A DNA stretch of 64,000 nt from IMG/VR virus record IMGVR_UViG_3300044712_000786, positions 96,001-160,000 of that record; one strand, 5' to 3'. The stretch comes from a virus (Duplodnaviria; Caudoviricetes). The notes under the pieces are model-generated. The model was not told the origin of the DNA. It saw only the letters and a list, made by a program, of their open reading frames with translations, and did not search any database. Position 1 is the stretch's first letter. Each line of letters starts with the position of its first letter. A program made the translations under genes and the position numbers. This document shows positions 54,174 to 62,628 of the stretch, piece by piece.

Positions 54174-54545
54174 ATGAGGCATAGCCCTATAAAATTACTT
54201 TGCGCGTTTTGTAAAGAATCTTTTACTCGACCACTGTCTAAGTTAAAAAATAGTAAATCAAAAATATACTTTTGCTCTCGTCATTGTAAAGACGAGGCTC
54301 AAAAAATAAAGAATAAATTTACCGATATCCACCCATCGCATTACGGAACAGGCTCTTGCAAAGAAACATATAGACGCATTGCTCTAGAAAACCTTCCTCA
54401 TAAATGCAATCGTTGTGGTTACAATAAATTACTAGGCGTATTAGCAGTACATCATAAAGATAGAGACAAATCAAATAATCTAGTTAGTAACTTAGAAATT
54501 CTTTGCCATAACTGTCATGCCGAAGAACATATTCTAAACGATTAA
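54174..54545 (+). CDS. HNH homing endonuclease inserted in the tRNA cluster
   Basis: CAFC...FCSRHC zinc finger; CNRCG...VHHKDRDKSNNLVSNLEILCHNCHAEEH. Confidence 0.85.
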   Translation: MRHSPIKLLCAFCKESFTRPLSKLKNSKSKIYFCSRHCKDEAQKIKNKFTDIHPSHYGTGSCKETYRRIALENLPHKCNRCGYNKLLGVLAVHHKDRDKSNNLVSNLEILCHNCHAEEHILND

Positions 54546-54548
54546 AAT

Positions 54549-54641
54549 TGGTACTCCCCGTAGGTAACGCTCCTACACACGGCACTCATCTAGTGCGACT
54601 TGGGCTTATAAGGCCCACGATTCTCTTTGAATTAGGGGAGC
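54549..54641 (-). tRNA. tRNA-Ile(TAT) with a long variable arm
   Basis: GCTCCCC/GGGGAGT-A-CCA; TGGGC-CTTATAA-GCCCA; GCAC-TAGATGA-GTGC; T loop AGCGTTA. Confidence 0.75.
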
Positions 54642-54716
54642 AAAAAATTACCATCAGGCCATGGTTTACATTACCATCTTTAAGACTTACGGTTTGTATC
54701 GTCCTGATGGACAAAT

Positions 54717-54790
54717 TGGAGCACTATATCGGTACTGCCCCGACTTATCCAGATTGGCAATCTGATGCATCACTTTTATGCTAATAGTGC
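54717..54790 (-). tRNA. tRNA-Gly(GCC)
   Basis: GCACTAT/ATAGTGC-T-CCA; TT-GCC-AA; T loop GGCAGTA. Confidence 0.85.
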
Positions 54791-54796
54791 TGAAAA

Positions 54797-54870
54797 TGGT
54801 CCGATATGTCAGAATCGCACTGACCCCACAAGTTCCCAAAACTTGCATGCTACTTCAACACCTATATCGG
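54797..54870 (-). tRNA. tRNA-Pro(TGG)
   Basis: CCGATAT/ATATCGG-A-CCA; CAAGT-TTTGGGA-ACTTG; T loop TGCGATT. Confidence 0.85.
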
Positions 54871-54879
54871 AGTGTAAAT

Positions 54880-54963
54880 TGGTAGGCGTAGAGAGACTTG
54901 CACTCCCAAGGCTTCATGGTCCTAAGCCATGCGACTCTGCTATTCGTCCTTAACCATACGCCC
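54880..54963 (-). tRNA. tRNA-Leu(TAG), short variable loop
   Basis: GGGCGTA/TACGCCT-A-CCA; CATGG-CTTAGGA-CCATG; T loop TGCAAGT. Confidence 0.8.
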
Positions 54964-54969
54964 ATTAAA

Positions 54970-55245
54970 TAGTTTCCTGAGGATTTCACTCACTTTGTTC
55001 CTTCCCTTTCGTGCCCTACTCGGGAGTCTATCTCATTCCACTAGGTTAACCGATTCAAGAGAAGGGGAGCGCACAATGCTGCTCAACCCCTCAAATCAGT
55101 AGATAGTTAGTTAACCTCTAAGATTACTTTATCGCCAATCTGGTTCTGCATTATCACAGGCATAACACCAGTTGACCAATCACCTTTTTTGTCGCACTTG
55201 GGAAAGCATGATGGAGTTTGCTTAAACCCAACTCTATCTATCTAA
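54970..55245 (-). ncRNA. Unclassified approximately 275-nt structured RNA at the head of the tRNA cluster
   Basis: TAGATAG/CTATCTA, AGGTTAAC/GTTAACCT and GGGG/CCCC stems; starts just after the promoter at 55246-55273. Confidence 0.45.
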
Positions 55246-55273
55246 ATTCTATCAAACATTTTAACTAAGTCAA
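55246..55273 (-). promoter_or_regulatory. sigma70-like promoter for the ncRNA/tRNA cluster
   Basis: TTGACT-N16-TAGAAT. Confidence 0.75.
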
Positions 55274-55282
55274 CTCAAACCA

Positions 55283-55310
55283 ACAAAAAAGCCCACTCTT
55301 TCGAGTGGGC
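55283..55310 (-). terminator. Intrinsic terminator
   Basis: GCCCACTC-GAAA-GAGTGGGC followed by TTTTTTGTT on the minus strand. Confidence 0.85.
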
Positions 55311-55834
55311 TCCTTATACTATGTTCTCCATCCTACGGCCCACTCAAGATATCTGGATAGAGAAATGACGGTTCCCACCCCGATTGGGTAGAATTCGCGT
55401 CACACACTGTTAAAATACTTTTCACTCTATTTAAATCTTACACGCAATTTCGAAAAATTCAAGAACTTTTTTTGAAAATCTTTAAACCATTCAAAATCAA
55501 GATGTTACGGCTAAACTTTTCTTATCTTCTTCCCTGTCTTTAAGGGTTTTCCACGTTTTACCAGTATGTTTTCTCACCCGATTGCACAAATCATCGTAGG
55601 TTTCTTGGGTCCCACCAGCGATAAAGTAACCACAATCGAATTCTTCCTCAACACACATATCATCAATGACTTGCTGTAAAGGAATCCTCATATCACATTG
55701 AAAGACAAGTTCTTCGTTCTCGTAAAGCTCGTGCCATTCCTCGCCAAGCCTCTTAGAGAAATCCCAACTGTAATCATAGCCCAGTTCTTTAAAAAACTTT
55801 GCAAAATCACAATCGGTATTAGTCGTTAGTGGGT

Positions 55835-56278
55835 TCATTGTCCGATTTCTTGAACCAGCTTGGCAATCTCAATAGCCCTGCGCTGCTCGGGGCTGACAAG
55901 GGCATTAACGCGCTCTTCCAGCTTGGCTAGCTCATCACGCTTAGACTTGATTCTAAGACCGTTAAGGCGGGTCTGAATGTCGAAAACCCACTGCTCATAA
56001 GTAAACCCAAGCCACTTAAAGGGGGCTTCATTACCTTTTAAGCCTAACGCAGCTAAGGACTGATTATAAGCAGCCGCCTTAAAGGTAAGAAAAGCGTGAA
56101 TTTCCACCAACTGCTCTAGCTCTCTAACGGTCTGTATATTAACGCTAGCATTACTATTTGGGTCAAATCTAAAAGAACAGTTTGTAGCCCAAGAAGGGCG
56201 CTCCGCATTTCCAATTTGTTGCTTCTTATCTTCTACCTTCTTAAGAAGGTCTAGAACCAGCTTGTCGGTATTGTCCAT
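55835..56278 (-). CDS. Conserved hypothetical phage protein (coiled-coil C-terminus)
   Basis: 147 aa ORF in an operon with the neighbouring large ORF. Confidence 0.65.
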   Translation of the reverse strand: MDNTDKLVLDLLKKVEDKKQQIGNAERPSWATNCSFRFDPNSNASVNIQTVRELEQLVEIHAFLTFKAAAYNQSLAALGLKGNEAPFKWLGFTYEQWVFDIQTRLNGLRIKSKRDELAKLEERVNALVSPEQRRAIEIAKLVQEIGQ

Positions 56279-56282
56279 ATGT

Positions 56283-57431
56283 TTAGTGTAGTAATTCTCT
56301 TAACGACTGAATACATTGCTCTTTGCCGTTTTCAAAAATAATATAAAGATTAAAAAATTTCAAACTCTGCATATATTCGAGGGAATGGGAAGTATTTCTT
56401 TGATAACTTGTCCAGCCAGAGACACGAGGATTTTGTAAAACTTCACCCGTATCTTCTTTAAGACAAGTAGAGCCCTCATTATTTAGTAAGAAGCCCTTAA
56501 ATACATAAGTTCCTTTTCCAGTCTCATTATTAACTTCGTAGCCAGTCTCAACGCTAATACCCGCCTCACCGTAGGTCTTCGAATTTTTATCCCTCAAACA
56601 AAAATAAGTAGAACGTTTCGGGGTGATATAATAATCCCATTTCTTTTCTGTGCTGGGGTCAAAATCAACGGGACGAAACTCATACTTCACGATTTTATTG
56701 GCGTAAGCATGGCTATTAAACTTTTCTACTAATTCAGCTAAATTACTTACGGGAACATCGGAATTAGGCTCCGAAAGAAACTCAACGGAAGTTTTATAAA
56801 AGAATGACTCCCCGTCATTATCTGTAAAAACTAATACTTTTGACTCCTGTCTTGACCCAACTTTTGAGTAATACTTGCCTTTATACTCATACCAATTAAA
56901 GCGCCCAATAAAGATAACGTCCCCCTGTCTCTTAGTCTTGTAAGAGATACCAGCTACCAAATCTTTAGCTTTGACTTTCTTAGCTAATCCAGACGTATAT
57001 TTAACTGCTTTCTGATACTCTTCGCTAGTAGTGGGCAATAAGACTAATTCGGGGCCTACCCAAGCATAAACAAACTGACCGATTAAGCCTCTCTTTAAGC
57101 AGTTAGTATGCATTAAAATACCAATTAAGTTCTCAGTAGTAACCTCGAACTCAAAGCCTCTGGGGTCATGAACCCGAATCATAGTTCGGGTAGAGCTAAA
57201 CCATTCGCCGTTGTAGCGCTTAATATCCTTATTAATCGTAAAGCCTTCTGTAGGAACGTTTTCGAATTCCTCGGGCTCTATCTTTTTGTCTCTCCAAGAC
57301 TCCCAGCTTTTCTCTTTACGGAGCTTACCTTTTTCATCATAATAGATGACGTAAGCAAGCTTACCCGTAAAGGTTCCCTGTCGTTCTTGAAACCCAACTT
57401 TGATTTTGGGCGCTACAAAGACGTTGCTCAT
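56283..57431 (-). CDS. Conserved hypothetical jumbo-phage protein
   Basis: KIKVGFQER..TFTGKLAYVIYYDEKGKLRKEKSWESWRD N-terminus; start set at MSNV, which overlaps the upstream stop. Confidence 0.65.
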   Translation of the reverse strand: MSNVFVAPKIKVGFQERQGTFTGKLAYVIYYDEKGKLRKEKSWESWRDKKIEPEEFENVPTEGFTINKDIKRYNGEWFSSTRTMIRVHDPRGFEFEVTTENLIGILMHTNCLKRGLIGQFVYAWVGPELVLLPTTSEEYQKAVKYTSGLAKKVKAKDLVAGISYKTKRQGDVIFIGRFNWYEYKGKYYSKVGSRQESKVLVFTDNDGESFFYKTSVEFLSEPNSDVPVSNLAELVEKFNSHAYANKIVKYEFRPVDFDPSTEKKWDYYITPKRSTYFCLRDKNSKTYGEAGISVETGYEVNNETGKGTYVFKGFLLNNEGSTCLKEDTGEVLQNPRVSGWTSYQRNTSHSLEYMQSLKFFNLYIIFENGKEQCIQSLRELLH

Positions 57432-57876
57432 GTGATAATCAGTCCCTTGCGGAACCAACCAAACTTATTCATTTGCTCTTCGTCAAGAGTAAAAATCTCA
57501 TTACCCTTGCCAATTAAAAGCATAGTACAGTTCTTAGCCCTGAGAGTCTCGCCGTAGCGATTCGCAATTTCGCGCAAAGCCAAAGCTAGATTCACGTCTA
57601 CCTCTTCCGTAGTCATCCTAAGGAAGATAATCGAGTTTTCTTTAATGTCATCGACATTAACTATCTTTGCCACTTCCATCTTCAGAGTTTCGGATAGTTG
57701 AGGCGTTTGTTCAACGACTGCTTCGGGTTTAGCCGCAGGAGTCACAATATCTGTATCGTCTTGTAGTCCCATAAATTAAAAAAATGAAAAAAAGAGCCAA
57801 GCCAGCACTATGAACGGCATAATAACTAACCAAAAAACAATTATTATTATTTTCTCGGATGTACTTGGCTCTATGT

Positions 57877-59352
57877 TCACACAGTCACTTTGTTATAGCG
57901 TTCCTGACCAATAACTTCCATCATCGTGTCATAAGGGGTAAAGTTCTTACCCGATAGGACGGTTTTAAAGATAGAGGGAGAGAAACCACTAACTAAGGTT
58001 GCTCCGCGCTCATCCATTTCAACGGGCGATTGACCCGTATTAACTCTAGCGTCCAAGTTCCAAAATACAACATGAGGAACCTTGTATCCAGCCTTATCAA
58101 ACTTTTGCTTGATAGTCTCGAAATTACTCTTGCTATTATTGTCGCAAGCCTTATCGAACTGCATATCAGACAGGATATACAATACGTCAGGCATTTCCTT
58201 CTTAGGAACCTTATTCGCTACAGCAGCATTCAGAATCAAATCAAACGCAGCCTGTAAGTTAGTGTTTCCACCCCAAGGGGCACGCATTACGTTCAAAACC
58301 CGCTCAGTTAAAGAACTTCCTTGCACTTGCAATAAGCTAGGGCTAGCCTCGAAAGTAATGAAGTGATTCTTGAAGAAACCCTCAATTCTTTCTGCCATAT
58401 AGATGCCTAGACCAACACTAACCAACATCGGCTGTCCAGCCATAGAACCCGAAACGTCTACCAAGCAGAGACCATTGTGAGGATTCTCTTCTAAGTAGTT
58501 AGGCAAAGCCCTCCACTGCAACTCAACAGTAGGGTCTACTCCAGACTGAGCCTTTTGGACTAGCTCATGAGGATATAGCACAGACGCATTAATCTTAGCT
58601 TCGCCCGTAGCTACCTTACCAAGGTAAGCAGTATAGCCAATCGGGTCATGCTTGCCGAAAGCCTTTCGATAAATCATGCTGGCGCGAGAAGGAACAGACT
58701 CATAGTCAATCTCGTTCCAATTCTTGGAAGACATCTTTACTTCAACCACGTTAAGGTATTTCCTTAAGGAAGTAAGCATCTTGCGATAAGTCTTAGGAGA
58801 CATATCCAAAGCCTTCATAAGCTTCTTAGCAATAAGAGCCTCCGAAGAACCCTCAGAAGGCATCCACTTAGCCAACAGGGAAATAGCTTCCCCCTTCTTC
58901 ATAAGCTTCAAATCAGCTTTAACTTGCTTAACTAAGAACGAGGTAACTTCATCCTCTACCTTAGTGCCAAATAAGCAAAAAAGGTCATCAAAACGACCAA
59001 ATTCGGCTACATTAGCCAAGTTTCGAACAACAATTTTGGGATTGTTATTCGCCAACCAGCTTAGCATAGTGCGAAAAGCCTTGCGTTGTCCTTGACCCCC
59101 GCGAACATCACGGAAGTAAAAGGCAATCTTAGTAGCTAGCAACTTATCTTCGTTGAAAGCGTTGGAGAATAAGCTCAGAACATTAGCTTCGGGGGTATTT
59201 CGCAATGCGCCACCCAAGGCAAAGAAATCAACCAAGCTGCTCTTAGAAGTCGAAGGAGTGATAGCTCCATTTTCGGTTTGAGTCATAGTGTGAATCTTAG
59301 TAACGGTCTTAGGTGCCTTACTGTTCTTAATAGCTTTAATTAGTTTGCTCAT
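57877..59352 (-). CDS. DUF2828-family protein (TROVE/Ro60-like helical domain plus vWA)
   Basis: TENGA, VDFF, FYFRDVRGGQGQR, GRFDDL, LLAKWMP, VPSRAS; vWA LVDVSGSM, WGGNTN, ILSDMQFD, FWNL, VSGFS. Confidence 0.85.
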   Translation of the reverse strand: MSKLIKAIKNSKAPKTVTKIHTMTQTENGAITPSTSKSSLVDFFALGGALRNTPEANVLSLFSNAFNEDKLLATKIAFYFRDVRGGQGQRKAFRTMLSWLANNNPKIVVRNLANVAEFGRFDDLFCLFGTKVEDEVTSFLVKQVKADLKLMKKGEAISLLAKWMPSEGSSEALIAKKLMKALDMSPKTYRKMLTSLRKYLNVVEVKMSSKNWNEIDYESVPSRASMIYRKAFGKHDPIGYTAYLGKVATGEAKINASVLYPHELVQKAQSGVDPTVELQWRALPNYLEENPHNGLCLVDVSGSMAGQPMLVSVGLGIYMAERIEGFFKNHFITFEASPSLLQVQGSSLTERVLNVMRAPWGGNTNLQAAFDLILNAAVANKVPKKEMPDVLYILSDMQFDKACDNNSKSNFETIKQKFDKAGYKVPHVVFWNLDARVNTGQSPVEMDERGATLVSGFSPSIFKTVLSGKNFTPYDTMMEVIGQERYNKVTV

Positions 59353-59362
59353 ATTTTTATCC

Positions 59363-59423
59363 GAGACGCATTTTGTATGCGAGGTTTGTTAACCTTGTTT
59401 TTTTAGTTTGCTGTTAGCGTCTC
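59363..59423 (-). promoter_or_regulatory. Stem plus TAACAGCAA RNA motif in the 5' leader of the DUF2828 gene
   Basis: GAGACGC-TAACAGCAA...GCGTCTC ends 10 nt before the ATG; same motif as the 47023-47270 array. Confidence 0.7.
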
Positions 59424-60038
59424 ATTTTCAATACTAACAGGAATTTTTACTTTGTCAACGGCTTTGCTAGGCCAAAAATACGGTAAATCATCTTTTTCGC
59501 CCCAACCAAACTTTAGATACCAATTCTGGCCAATAGTAATTCCATTCTCACTACAGAAATGCTCTAGTTTCTTAACGTGCATCTGGTCTAGCTTGTTTTT
59601 ATAGGGATAGCCGTTTGCTTCAAGCCAATCGTTTATTTTTTTAATTTTTAATTTCGTCTTGATGGCAGCGCAAACAGAGTCGTAACGTCCCTTAAATAAA
59701 AGCTTACTACGGTGCGAAGAATGAAATCTATCGTCTCCCAACCACCAAGGGGCTATGCCCATCCAAGATTTAGAAACTTCGTTCTTGAAAAATTCAACAT
59801 ATTCTTGGACCTGAATACCCCTGCTAAGAGCTTCCTCCGCAATAGCTTTGCCATAAGAGACAAGAAAGCCTCCATGACCCCTCCACTGGACACAACAAGG
59901 ATGATTCTTCCAGCCCTCGGATTTACCCGTAATAGTGTAGAAAATTTCTTTAGCTTCAAAGACTTGTTTAGTCAGCCTTTGGTTATCGAGGCACTTCGCA
60001 GACTCCGTAAAAGATTCTAGGGGTAAAAACGTATTCAC
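59403..60038 (-). CDS. Pyrimidine-dimer DNA glycosylase family protein (DenV-related)
   Basis: MNTFLP..F.ESA..LD..RL.KQ..EA...WKNHP...QWRG; PWWLG. Confidence 0.8.
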   Translation of the reverse strand: MNTFLPLESFTESAKCLDNQRLTKQVFEAKEIFYTITGKSEGWKNHPCCVQWRGHGGFLVSYGKAIAEEALSRGIQVQEYVEFFKNEVSKSWMGIAPWWLGDDRFHSSHRSKLLFKGRYDSVCAAIKTKLKIKKINDWLEANGYPYKNKLDQMHVKKLEHFCSENGITIGQNWYLKFGWGEKDDLPYFWPSKAVDKVKIPVSIENETLTAN

Positions 60039-60239
60039 TACCCCTAATCTAGCGGAATTTTTTGAGAAGTCAAGGATTACGGATGTCGAACATACTTACT
60101 TCTATAACGAATTCATTTCTTTTGACAAGAAAAGTATCTTCGTTTTTAACTCCAACGACTTCCCCCGCCCAATCCCCTTCGGGGTCAACAACTTTTACGA
60201 GTTTTCCCAACATGCGGGAATTCGCCTGATTTTTATTCA

Positions 60240-61550
60240 TCAGACGTTTTTACACGCTTTTTCTGTATCTAGTAGCCAATTTTTATCTTCGGGAGTAGGT
60301 CCCTTAGAGGTTACTAAGACGGGCGTTTCCAAATAGTTAGCTATAAAACTAATTATATCTGTATTACCCAACTCAACATATTTGGGTTTACTACCATTCA
60401 TTCTCTCGGTAAGGTGGCTTTGATAAGCAATATTGGTAGTAGGAGACGAATGAAGCTCCCACTCAACCTTATCATAATAGCTGAGACATATCTTCCAACT
60501 CTTCTTTAATGAAAGCTTATCTAAATGAGAAATAGCCAAGTAGTCTATCCCCCCATTTACCTCCATACAGTAAGCTAGTAGATTTAAGTCCAGCCAACCG
60601 ACTCTAAATCCACCTTGAAACTCATTTTTCTTGTTAAAATCATCGGGCAAAATATCCGTAAGCTGTTCATCTTCAGTAACTAACGGACCAGCGCCATGCC
60701 GAGTTGTATAAGCCCTCGTAATTCCTATTGTTTTCTTAGGATATGTCCAATCGCATCCCTTCAAAATCTCTTCCGCATTCTTAGAGGTAACAGTAGTCCA
60801 AGTAGTATGAGGAAAGAACCCAAAGTTTTCGTCTATTCCTATCCCTTGTGCCGCTTCGAATATAGGATGTTCGGAAGTTTTGACTAACAAGCCTGACATT
60901 TCATCATCAAGCAAAACAACGCTATTGGCAACGGTTTTATAATTACTTATTAAATCCTCTAAAGACAACTTGAAAGTATTGAAATTCTTATCATTTTTAC
61001 TAACCTTAGAAGCTAGCTCGAACATCCTAGACCTAACTCCTATCAGCTTCTCCATTAGTAAAGTGGGACTCTTAATATCCTTGAACCTCAAAACGAGATT
61101 GGGGTTGCTAAGAAAGTCTTGCATAGTGGCACCAATACCCATGCCGCAAGAACCGTGTCTTCCATCCCCCCGACTATTCTCTAAAATCCTATTATAAGCT
61201 TTATGAAAAGGGGTTGTTATCAAAGCCTCTTCATGAATAAACATTCTCTTGAAGCAATCGGTAATACCCAATTCTTCTAGCTTTTGATTTTCTACCAACA
61301 AGCCAACTGGATTAATTAATACATGTTTTGAAAGCAGGGTCCTAGTTCCAGCTACTAAAGTCCCGCTTCCAAATTGAGAAAAAACATGCGTTTTACCATC
61401 TGATAAAACAACCCTATGAGCACATTGGCTTCCCCCACTATATCTAACTACTAAATTAGACTTGTATTTGCGGACTAGGGAATCTACGAAAGTTCCCTTG
61501 CCACAATCGCCAAATCCACAATCTACCGTTATAAAAGCACAATTAGCCAT
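60240..61550 (-). CDS. purA: Adenylosuccinate synthetase-like protein
   Basis: GFGDCGKG, RYSGGSQCAH, HGSCGMGIG, FEAAQG, TRAYTTRHGAGP, RVGWLD; start set at MANC. Confidence 0.85.
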   Translation of the reverse strand: MANCAFITVDCGFGDCGKGTFVDSLVRKYKSNLVVRYSGGSQCAHRVVLSDGKTHVFSQFGSGTLVAGTRTLLSKHVLINPVGLLVENQKLEELGITDCFKRMFIHEEALITTPFHKAYNRILENSRGDGRHGSCGMGIGATMQDFLSNPNLVLRFKDIKSPTLLMEKLIGVRSRMFELASKVSKNDKNFNTFKLSLEDLISNYKTVANSVVLLDDEMSGLLVKTSEHPIFEAAQGIGIDENFGFFPHTTWTTVTSKNAEEILKGCDWTYPKKTIGITRAYTTRHGAGPLVTEDEQLTDILPDDFNKKNEFQGGFRVGWLDLNLLAYCMEVNGGIDYLAISHLDKLSLKKSWKICLSYYDKVEWELHSSPTTNIAYQSHLTERMNGSKPKYVELGNTDIISFIANYLETPVLVTSKGPTPEDKNWLLDTEKACKNV

Positions 61551-61619
61551 ATTTTTAAAAAAGGGCGGGTCTCTTTCGAAACCCGCCCCCACCAACATGC
61601 ACAACTAACCCAACCTCTA

Positions 61620-62627
61620 TTACACGCGGGTAACAGAATCTTTTTTAGTGCCCTTGGGCAACTTACCAGAGACTTTAGCAACTTTTTTAACCGACTTGCT
61701 GCTAGTAACCTTAGCCAAGGCTGAAGAAGAACGGTCAACCGCTCCAGCATCAGCACCAATATCCTTAAGGTCATCCTTGATATCCTTGATATCATATCCT
61801 TCGGATAATCCGATTGTAGATACGATAAACTCAACAATATCTTCAGGGGTAGCCAATTTGAGGAAGTTCTGACCCATGAGTTTCTTCATGGTGTCATTGA
61901 CATGCTTGTTATTGAAGTAGCTTCCTCCTTCGGGCATAATCCAAAAAACCTCATACTTCTGTTGAAGCTCTTGGAGAATACTCTCTGTCGAAATTGCTTC
62001 GCTTACGTCATCCCCAATGATAGACTTAATCTCAGTATACTTGACTTTAGCGTAAGGAGTTTCGTCCCCTATGATAAAAAGATATCCCTTGTCTCCACGC
62101 TTCTCTAAACAGTCAAGTTCGGTATGGCGAGCCATGTAATACATAGCTAGTTCATAGCTTTCTGTTTGCTGACCGCCTCCACCCCCTTCTTTATAAATCA
62201 GGGTTAGCCAATCGACCATTTCATTTCCCGCCTCGAATTGGCCAATCTGGAGAGGCGCAGCATCACAAGTGGCGTCACCAATAGCCCCAAATAGAATTTG
62301 AGGGTCCTCTACGTAGCCCTTTTTAACGAGGGCAGACATAAGAGAGTTAAGCTTGGTGGAGAAAAGAACAGGTAAAGTATTCATAGAGCCCGTTACGTCA
62401 AATAGCACGGCTATAGCACGGCTATTAGGGTGCTCTTTACTATCCCTTGACTCTCGAACGTTTTTACCCGCCGAATTTAACTTCGAAGGGTCTAATTTTT
62501 CGTGAACAGCCGCAGCAGCCTTACCGCTCCGAATGTCGCTGTCATGAGTAAACATATCTGTTCCAGTAGAGCTATGATAGCTCACTCTTGCAGTATATGT
62601 ATCACCGTCATATGATGTATGTCCCAT
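61620..62627 (-). CDS. vWA-like domain protein
   Basis: AVLFDVTGSM, GAIGDA, PLQIGQFE, GGGGGQ..ESYELA, GYLFIIGDE. Confidence 0.8.
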   Translation of the reverse strand: MGHTSYDGDTYTARVSYHSSTGTDMFTHDSDIRSGKAAAAVHEKLDPSKLNSAGKNVRESRDSKEHPNSRAIAVLFDVTGSMNTLPVLFSTKLNSLMSALVKKGYVEDPQILFGAIGDATCDAAPLQIGQFEAGNEMVDWLTLIYKEGGGGGQQTESYELAMYYMARHTELDCLEKRGDKGYLFIIGDETPYAKVKYTEIKSIIGDDVSEAISTESILQELQQKYEVFWIMPEGGSYFNNKHVNDTMKKLMGQNFLKLATPEDIVEFIVSTIGLSEGYDIKDIKDDLKDIGADAGAVDRSSSALAKVTSSKSVKKVAKVSGKLPKGTKKDSVTRV

Positions 62628-62628
62628 A

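Noticed and set aside
54549-54641. Ochre suppressor tRNA (TTA)
   Set aside because: The 5-bp stem TGGGC/GCCCA gives the loop CT-TAT-AA, i.e. Ile(TAT).
43345-54953. Short ORFs over tRNA genes (43345-43560, 53963-54157, 54548-54784, 54765-54953, 41929-42231)
   Set aside because: They overlap tRNAs or real minus-strand genes on the other strand and have no protein-like signal.
60240-61550. PurZ (2-aminoadenine DNA pathway)
   Set aside because: The N-terminal motif is GDCGKG with the catalytic Asp of PurA; PurZ has Ser there. No DatZ or MazZ partner was recognised, and the neighbours are vWA and J-kinase genes.
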